Made by a program: the position numbers and the translations under genes
Notes under the pieces: model-generated
The model's input: the letters and a program-made list of their open reading frames with translations, nothing else
The model's database searches: none
What the model was told of the DNA's origin: nothing
Shown here: one piece after another, positions 57,563-64,000 of the stretch
How the letters are laid out: each line of letters begins with the position of its first letter
How positions within the stretch are numbered: position 1 is the stretch's first letter
Assembly (NCBI GenBank): GCA_016285265.1
Contig: JAEEQL010000001.1
Location: forward strand, 5,003 to 69,002
Source: Lachnospiraceae bacterium
GTDB lineage: Bacteria > Bacillota > Clostridia > Lachnospirales > Lachnospiraceae
Reading direction: 5' to 3'
DNA: 64,000 nucleotides

Positions 57563-58771
57563 ATGTTTTTGAATTTCTTTGAAAGTTTAAGAAAGCACGG
57601 TATCAATGTTACTTTGGGAGAGTGGCTCGATCTGGAGAATGCACTTGATGCTTCCCTGATCGGAGGCCAGCTCTCAAGGTTTTATCACTGTGCAAGAATG
57701 ATACTGGTAAAGTCCGAGACGGATTACGACAAGTATGATGAGGCATTCGAGGAATGTTTCGGTAAGATCAAAAGTGACCCTGAAGTGGGCAAGGAAATGC
57801 TCCGCTGGCTGGATAAGTCCGATATGATGCAGCTTGCAGAGATGGAAGCCAAGGATCATCTGAACAAGATGGAAGGCGAAGGCATCATAATCGACAAAGA
57901 AGATGTCGAGCAGAAGTTCAAGCAGCGTCTTAAGGATCAGGATTCCGAGCATAACGGAGGGTCCTTTTGGATAGGAACAATGGGTAAGACTTCCTTCGGT
58001 AATACCGGAGGTAATATCGGAGGCGTAAGAGTCGGAGGTGCAACGGGTTACCAATCCGCATTTGCGGTCATCGGAGCCAAAAAGTACCGCGATTTCCGTG
58101 ATGACAGGGTCATGACCAACCGTCAGTTCCAGCTGGCATTCAGAAGACTCAGACAGTTCTCTTCCAGACTCGATACTCCCGAGAGGGAACTTGATATCGA
58201 CAAGACGGTTGATGAGACCTGTAACCAGGGCGGAGTTCTTAAGATAGAGATGAGAAAGCCGAGGAAGAATTCGGTCAAGCTCCTTCTTCTCATGGATTCG
58301 GGCGGTACGATGATACCTTATTCGGAGCTTTTGAACGATCTTTTCCAGGCCGTAAATAAAAGTAACCACTACAAGGAAGTAAAATGTTATTATTTTCATA
58401 ACTGCATTTACTCCCATGTATATAAGACACCGGAATGCGAAAACGGTGACTGGGTTGAAACAAAATGGCTTTTCCGCAACACGGATTCCGATTATAAGGT
58501 TATAATAGTCGGGGACGCCGCAATGGCACCCGAAGAGCTTTATTCGGACACCGGAAACTACCGCGGCCCGAATGACGGCCTCAGCGGTGAGGAATGGCTC
58601 AAGTCCCTAAAGAGACACTATAAAAAGGTCGTCTGGCTCAATCCCAAGATGGCTCCCGGAAATGCTCCGTGGAGAGAAGTCGAGACGGCCGTAAAGCAGA
58701 TGTTCCCTATGTATAAATTATCCGTGAAAGGCCTTGATCAGGCGATGACCAAGCTCATGGAAACAAGATAA
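57563..58771 (+). CDS. VWA-domain protein (CoxE-like partner of MoxR ATPases)
   Basis: Start at ATG 57563 after GGAG; GGSFWIGTMGKTSFG, LLLMDSGGTM (MIDAS-like), YFHNC, IIVGDAAMAP.EL, WLNP. Confidence 0.9.
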   Translation: MFLNFFESLRKHGINVTLGEWLDLENALDASLIGGQLSRFYHCARMILVKSETDYDKYDEAFEECFGKIKSDPEVGKEMLRWLDKSDMMQLAEMEAKDHLNKMEGEGIIIDKEDVEQKFKQRLKDQDSEHNGGSFWIGTMGKTSFGNTGGNIGGVRVGGATGYQSAFAVIGAKKYRDFRDDRVMTNRQFQLAFRRLRQFSSRLDTPERELDIDKTVDETCNQGGVLKIEMRKPRKNSVKLLLLMDSGGTMIPYSELLNDLFQAVNKSNHYKEVKCYYFHNCIYSHVYKTPECENGDWVETKWLFRNTDSDYKVIIVGDAAMAPEELYSDTGNYRGPNDGLSGEEWLKSLKRHYKKVVWLNPKMAPGNAPWREVETAVKQMFPMYKLSVKGLDQAMTKLMETR

Positions 58772-58794
58772 ATTATTAAAAGGAGATTTTTAAG

Positions 58795-60018
58795 ATGGGT
58801 ATTTTTGAAGAGCTGCAGCAGAGACAGCTTCTTGCACAGCTTACCGACGAAAATGAAATAAAGGAGCTTGTCAACAACGGCAAAGCTACATTCTATATAG
58901 GATTCGACCCTACCGCAGATTCGCTTCATGTAGGTCACTTCATGGCTCTTTGCCTTATGAAGAGACTTCAGCAGGCGGGAAATAAGCCCATAGCTCTTGT
59001 TGGAGGCGGTACCGGAATGATCGGAGATCCCACCGGAAAGAGCGATATGCGAACGATGATGACCAAAGAGACAATCAATCACAATGTCGAGTGCTTTAAG
59101 AAGCAGATGTCCAGATTCATCGAATTCGGCGAAGGAAAGGCAATGCTCGTAAACAATGCAGACTGGCTTCTTGACCTTAACTATGTCGAGTTCATAAGGG
59201 ACATCGGTCCTCATTTCAGTGTTAACAACATGCTCAGGGCTGAGTGCTACAAGCAGCGTATGGAAAAGGGACTTACCTTCCTTGAGTTCAACTACATGCT
59301 GATGCAGTCATACGATTTCCTTGAGCTCTACAAGAGATACGGCTGTAACATGCAGTTCGGCGGAGACGACCAGTGGAGCAACATGCTCGGCGGTACCGAG
59401 CTTATCAGAAAGAAGCTCGGCAAGGATGCATATGCAATGACCATAACCCTTCTTCTCAATTCCGAAGGAAAGAAGATGGGTAAGACCGCAAAGGGTGCCG
59501 TATGGCTCGATGCCGATAAGACCACTCCTTACGAGTTCTACCAGTACTGGAGAAATGTCGACGATGCCGATGTCTTCAAGTGCCTCAGAATGCTCACATT
59601 CCTTCCTCTCGAGCAGATCGAGGAGATGTGCAAGTGGGAAGATTCGAAGATCAATGAAGCCAAGAAGATCCTTGCTCACGAGCTTACAGAGCTTGTTCAC
59701 GGCAAGGAAGAAGCAGACAAGGCTGAGGCAGGTGCAAACGCACTTTTCGGAGGCGGTGATCTTTCGGGAGCCGACATCCCCACTGTACAGATTGAAGAGG
59801 GTGATTACAGAGACGGCAAGATCGATATTCTCGGTATCCTTGTAAAAGCAGGTCTCTGTCCCACAAGAAACGAAGCACGCCGTGCCGTTGAGCAGGGTGG
59901 TGTAACCGTTGACGATGAGAAGGTAACCGATGTTAAAACACTGTATTCCGCAGATGATCTCAAGGACGGAAAGCTTGTCAGACGCGGAAAGAAAGCATTC
60001 AAAAAGGTGATCTCATGA
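58795..60018 (+). CDS. tyrS: Tyrosine--tRNA ligase
   Basis: YIGFDPTADSLHVGH, QFGGDDQW.N, KKMGKT, C-terminal S4 domain. Confidence 0.98.
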   Translation: MGIFEELQQRQLLAQLTDENEIKELVNNGKATFYIGFDPTADSLHVGHFMALCLMKRLQQAGNKPIALVGGGTGMIGDPTGKSDMRTMMTKETINHNVECFKKQMSRFIEFGEGKAMLVNNADWLLDLNYVEFIRDIGPHFSVNNMLRAECYKQRMEKGLTFLEFNYMLMQSYDFLELYKRYGCNMQFGGDDQWSNMLGGTELIRKKLGKDAYAMTITLLLNSEGKKMGKTAKGAVWLDADKTTPYEFYQYWRNVDDADVFKCLRMLTFLPLEQIEEMCKWEDSKINEAKKILAHELTELVHGKEEADKAEAGANALFGGGDLSGADIPTVQIEEGDYRDGKIDILGILVKAGLCPTRNEARRAVEQGGVTVDDEKVTDVKTLYSADDLKDGKLVRRGKKAFKKVIS

Positions 60019-60836
60019 GTGAAGCTTACGATAAACTGCAGACAGCATTAAAGGCCGTAAGAGAAAAGACTGATTTTGTTCCTGACATTGCACTTGTACT
60101 CGGATCCGGACTCGGAGCATATGCCGATTCCATCAGGACCGTTTGCGAGATACCTTACTCCGAACTTCCCGGCTTCCCCGTATCAACCGTGCAGGGTCAT
60201 TCGGGAAAGTTCATATTCGGATACGACGGAGAAAAGAAGGTCGTATGCATGAAGGGCAGGGTACATATGTATGAAGGTTATGAACCTTCCGATGTCGTTA
60301 TGCCCATCAGGCTCATGTATCTCATGGGAGCAAAGATCCTCTTTCTTACTAATGCTGCAGGCGGTATTAACGAAAGCTTCCATCCGGGATGTCTTATGCT
60401 CATAGAGGATCAGATATCATTTCTTGTAAGAAATCCTCTTATCGGTCCCAATGTGGAGGAGCTCGGAACAAGATTCCCCGATATGACCAGGATCTATGAC
60501 AAGGATCTTTCACAGATCATCATTGATAAGGCTGCCGAGCAGAACTCCGAGCTTTTTAAGGGAGTGTATGTCCAGCTCAGCGGACCTTCCTATGAATCAC
60601 CTTCGGATGTTAAGGCTCTCAGGATCCTCGGCGGAAGTGCCGTCGGAATGAGCACCGCCATCGAAGCGATCGCCGCAAGACATGCCGGAATGAAGGTCTG
60701 CGGTATATCCGTGATCTCCAATATGGCTGCCGGCATTACCGGAGAAGAGCTTAATCACGAAGAGGTCCAGAAGGCTGCGGATTCGGTATCAAAGAGATTT
60801 GAAGAACTTGTAAGGGCATCCATTGCCGCATTCTGA
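60015..60836 (+). CDS. punA: Purine nucleoside phosphorylase (PNP I family)
   Basis: VLGSGLG, STVQGH.G, GRVHMYEG, TNAAGG, GPSYES, VGMST..E, SNMAAG. Confidence 0.93.
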   Translation: MSEAYDKLQTALKAVREKTDFVPDIALVLGSGLGAYADSIRTVCEIPYSELPGFPVSTVQGHSGKFIFGYDGEKKVVCMKGRVHMYEGYEPSDVVMPIRLMYLMGAKILFLTNAAGGINESFHPGCLMLIEDQISFLVRNPLIGPNVEELGTRFPDMTRIYDKDLSQIIIDKAAEQNSELFKGVYVQLSGPSYESPSDVKALRILGGSAVGMSTAIEAIAARHAGMKVCGISVISNMAAGITGEELNHEEVQKAADSVSKRFEELVRASIAAF

Positions 60837-60859
60837 ACTTACTCAAACGGTGAACCCCA

Positions 60860-61282
60860 ATGAATGAAGAAGATATCCAGAATCTGATACTTAATGCGTT
60901 TGAAGGAAGAACAAAGTCGTATTGTCCCTATTCGGGATATGCGGTTGGTGCCGCAATACTTACATCTTCCGGTGAGATCTACAGAGGATGCAATGTTGAG
61001 AACTCATCATACGGAGCAACCATATGTGCCGAAAGGTGTGCCGCCCTCAAGGCTGTAAGTGAAGGCGATAAGAAGTTTACAGCCGTTGCTATCGTCGGAG
61101 GTCTCAAGGACGCATCCGAAATTACCGATTATGCTTATCCCTGCGGAATATGCAGACAGTTTCTTTCCGAATTCGGCGGAAGCGATATGACCGTCATCGT
61201 TGCCCGCAGTATCGATGATAAGAAAGTATATAAGCTTTCCGAACTTTTGCCCGAAGCTTTCACATCCGATTCCATCAGATAG
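60860..61282 (+). CDS. cdd: Cytidine deaminase
   Basis: YCPYSGYAVGAA, GCNVEN, CAERCA, PCGICRQ. Confidence 0.95.
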   Translation: MNEEDIQNLILNAFEGRTKSYCPYSGYAVGAAILTSSGEIYRGCNVENSSYGATICAERCAALKAVSEGDKKFTAVAIVGGLKDASEITDYAYPCGICRQFLSEFGGSDMTVIVARSIDDKKVYKLSELLPEAFTSDSIR

Positions 61283-61334
61283 TCCGCCTCCTTCCGTGTT
61301 CAAGATCTGCGTAAGTTTATAGAGGTTTTCTTTT

Positions 61335-62618
61335 ATGAATATTCGTCTGTACAACGCAAGAATACTTGATCTTGATGAATCTCACAGCGTGAGAGCGGGT
61401 GAGGTGCGCGTAAGTGACGGCAAGATTGCGGAAGTCATATATGACACTGTGATAAAGCCTGAAGACAGGATGTTTGACAGGGAGATTGACTGTAAGGGAA
61501 ATCTTCTGATGAGGGGCTTTAACGATGCCCATACGCATTCGGCAATGACATTCTTAAGGTCACTTGCTGATGACAAGCCGACTCCGAACTGGCTTGAAGA
61601 GGATATTTTTCCCAACGAAGCTAAACTCACCGATGATGACATAGCCGATTTCCAAAGACTTGCGATAATGGAATATGTATCCGCAGGCATAGTTTCCGCT
61701 ATGGATATGTATTTAAGGCCCGACGTAACCGCACAGGTTTTTGCCGATGCGGGCATGAGGGCTGTTATTGTTTCGGGACTGAATAATTTTACCTCGTCAC
61801 TTTCCGAGCTTGAAGATCAGTTTGACAGGCTTAACCGATACGATCCCCTGATTTCTTTTAAGGCAGGCATTCACGCCGAATACACAACCTCCCGTGAAAT
61901 ACTTGAAAACCTTTCCGAATTTGTCCGTGAAAAGAAAACCGGGCTCTATTGCCATGCCTCGGAGACGGAGAGTGAGGTTTCGGGATGTATCGAAAGGTAC
62001 GGACTTTCTCCTGTCAGATTCCTTGCCGGGCTCGGGCTTTTCGACTACGGCGGGGGCATTTATCACGGAGTACATGTAACCGATGAGGAGATCGATATCC
62101 TCAGGGAAAAAGGCATTTATACCGTTACAAACCCTGCATCAAACTGTAAGCTTGCAAGCGGTATCGTTCCGCTTAAGAAGCTTTTTGACAGGGGAGTAAA
62201 GCTTGCGATAGGTACCGACGGCCCCGCAAGCAATAACTGCCTTGATATGTTCAGGGAAATGTATCTTGCAAGCGTCCTTTGCAAGATAAGGGAAAAAGAT
62301 GCCGCAGGAATCGACGCATCTGTTATACTTGATATGGCCGTTAAGGGCAGTGCCGGATGTATGGGACTGGAGGATTCCGGACTGATCAAGGCAGGATGTC
62401 CTGCCGATATCATAATGGTCGATATGGCAAGGCCGAATATGCAGCCGGTCAACAATATCGTGAAAAATCTCGTATATTCCGGTCAGACGGCAAATATAAA
62501 AATGACAATGGTCTCCGGACGGATATTGTATTACAATGGAGAATATGATCTGGGATTTGATCCCGAAGAGATAATAAGAAGATGTGGGGAGAGAACTGAC
62601 AAAATAGTATCCGGCTAA
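61335..62618 (+). CDS. Metal-dependent amidohydrolase (MTA/SAH deaminase-like)
   Basis: DAHTH, HAEY, HASET..E, HGVH, NPASNCKLASG, GTDGPASNN. Confidence 0.88.
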   Translation: MNIRLYNARILDLDESHSVRAGEVRVSDGKIAEVIYDTVIKPEDRMFDREIDCKGNLLMRGFNDAHTHSAMTFLRSLADDKPTPNWLEEDIFPNEAKLTDDDIADFQRLAIMEYVSAGIVSAMDMYLRPDVTAQVFADAGMRAVIVSGLNNFTSSLSELEDQFDRLNRYDPLISFKAGIHAEYTTSREILENLSEFVREKKTGLYCHASETESEVSGCIERYGLSPVRFLAGLGLFDYGGGIYHGVHVTDEEIDILREKGIYTVTNPASNCKLASGIVPLKKLFDRGVKLAIGTDGPASNNCLDMFREMYLASVLCKIREKDAAGIDASVILDMAVKGSAGCMGLEDSGLIKAGCPADIIMVDMARPNMQPVNNIVKNLVYSGQTANIKMTMVSGRILYYNGEYDLGFDPEEIIRRCGERTDKIVSG

Positions 62619-62699
62619 GATAGCAGACGGAAATTATTTTCTGTTCTCTATAAAAGTATTTATTTAATGTTCTCATGAAATGAGAAAGGAGAATTAAAA

Positions 62700-64000
62700 A
62701 TGCTTGAAAAATTCTTTAAACTGAAGGAGAACGGCACTGATTTCAAGACAGAGATCATAGCCGGAATCACTACCTTCATGGCCATGGCTTACATCCTGGC
62801 TGTCAATCCCGATATTCTTTCCGCTTCGGGTATGCCCAAAGATGCTGTCCTCATTGCCACCGCTCTTTCCGCTTTTATCGGAACCATGTGCATGGCACTT
62901 ATGGCCAATTACCCCTTTGCCCTTGCACCCGGTCTCGGACTCAATGCTTACTTTGCATTTACCGTCTGCGGTATTATGGGCTATTCCTGGCAGTTTGCTC
63001 TTTTTGCCGTATTCATTGAAGGACTTATCTTCATAGTTCTTTCCGTGACTCCGGTAAGAGAAGCGATCTTCAACGCAATTCCTCTTCAGCTTAAGAAGGG
63101 TGTTTCCGTAGGCATCGGACTTTTCATTGCTTTCATCGGTCTTCAGAACGGTAATATCGTTGTAAACGATGATGCCACCCTTGTTACTCTTGTTAAATTC
63201 AAAGCCAGCTTCAACGATGTCGGAATATGGGCTGTTCTTACCATTATAGGCGTCCTTATAATCAGCATTCTTCATATCAAGAAGATCAAGGGTGCAATCC
63301 TCATCGGTATCTTTGCTACCTGGATCCTCGGTATCATCTGTGAACTTGTCGGAATCTATGTTCCCAATCCTGCAGCTGAATGCTATTCCACACTTCCTTC
63401 GGGTTTTGCGGATTTCTCTTTTGCATCCATCGGACAGACCTTCGGTGCATGCTTCTCCGAAGCTGCTTTTGCCAATTTCAATGTTCTTGATTTCATCGTT
63501 ATCATGTTTGCATTCCTTTTCGTTGATGTGTTCGATACTCTCGGAACACTCATCGGATGTGCTGACAAGGCTGACATGCTTGATAAGGAAGGAAAACTTC
63601 CCCGCATCCGTCCCGCACTTCTTGCAGATGCCATCGCAACCAGCGCCGGTGCGGTTCTCGGAACCTCCACTACAACTACCTTCGTTGAGAGCTCTTCAGG
63701 TGTATCCGCAGGCGGACGTACCGGTCTTTCTTCTGTAGTGACCGGACTTCTTTTCCTCGTATCCCTGATCTTTTCGCCTCTCTTCATTTCGATCCCCGGC
63801 TTTGCAACGGCTCCCGCTCTTGTATTTGTCGGATTCCTTATGATGAGCGCTGTCACCGGTATCGATCTTAAGGATCCCACCGAAGCAATTCCCGCTTTCC
63901 TTTCATTCCTCGTTATGCCTCTTACCTACAGCATTTCCGAGGGTATCTGCATCGGTGTTATCTCTTATGTAGTGATCAATCTCTTCACCGGTAATTTCAA
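62700..64000 (+). CDS. NCS2/AzgA-type nucleobase permease (3' end beyond the window)
   Basis: Translated by eye from ATG 62700 after GAAAGGAG: MLEKFFKLKENGT..AGITTFMAMAYIL.VNP, ALAPGLGLNAYF, DVFDTLGTL, TTTTFVESSSG..AGGRTG. Confidence 0.93.
   Translation, partial: MLEKFFKLKENGTDFKTEIIAGITTFMAMAYILAVNPDILSASGMPKDAVLIATALSAFIGTMCMALMANYPFALAPGLGLNAYFAFTVCGIMGYSWQFALFAVFIEGLIFIVLSVTPVREAIFNAIPLQLKKGVSVGIGLFIAFIGLQNGNIVVNDDATLVTLVKFKASFNDVGIWAVLTIIGVLIISILHIKKIKGAILIGIFATWILGIICELVGIYVPNPAAECYSTLPSGFADFSFASIGQTFGACFSEAAFANFNVLDFIVIMFAFLFVDVFDTLGTLIGCADKADMLDKEGKLPRIRPALLADAIATSAGAVLGTSTTTTFVESSSGVSAGGRTGLSSVVTGLLFLVSLIFSPLFISIPGFATAPALVFVGFLMMSAVTGIDLKDPTEAIPAFLSFLVMPLTYSISEGICIGVISYVVINLFTGNF

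Noticed and set aside
62619-62699. Purine riboswitch before the NCS2 permease
   Set aside because: Gap is too short and lacks the conserved junction motifs (e.g. UAUAAU..GGUUUCUAC)

Overview
Mostly core-genome DNA of a Firmicute, probably Clostridiales/Lachnospiraceae-like (inferred from gene order and protein families). Almost all genes are on the + strand. Contents in order: tgt-CAP-yajC; leuB-ilvD-ilvB plus an L,D-transpeptidase; serC-serA/DUF1015; a GlgB-like gene; tRNA-Thr(CGT); argH-asd-GGDEF/EAL-topB; rpmF-plsX-acpP-rnc-smc-ftsY-ilvA; ylxM-ffh-rpsP-khpA-rimM-trmD-rplS; lepB-rbgA-lepB-rnhB-FliK-like/FlhB-like-yraN; a two-component pair; prs; DUF512-der-plsY-gpsA; an unusual phosphorelay cluster; MoxR/VWA; tyrS; nucleoside salvage genes; and an NCS2 permease cut by the window end. 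I found no CRISPR array, IS or prophage. Best leads: (1) a ~170-bp dispersed structured element in two copies (10980-11148, 57379-57548) with a 23-bp closing helix and compensatory base changes, one copy bracketed by an inverted duplicate terminator; (2) a three-gene hybrid-kinase/receiver cluster (51650-56544) with no intact ATP-binding domain, directly joined to a MoxR/VWA pair; (3) probable pseudoenzymes (GlgB-like, one LepB); (4) uncharacterised cis-elements upstream of ylxM-ffh and rnc. All calls come from reading the sequence by eye; no database searches or folding programs were run.
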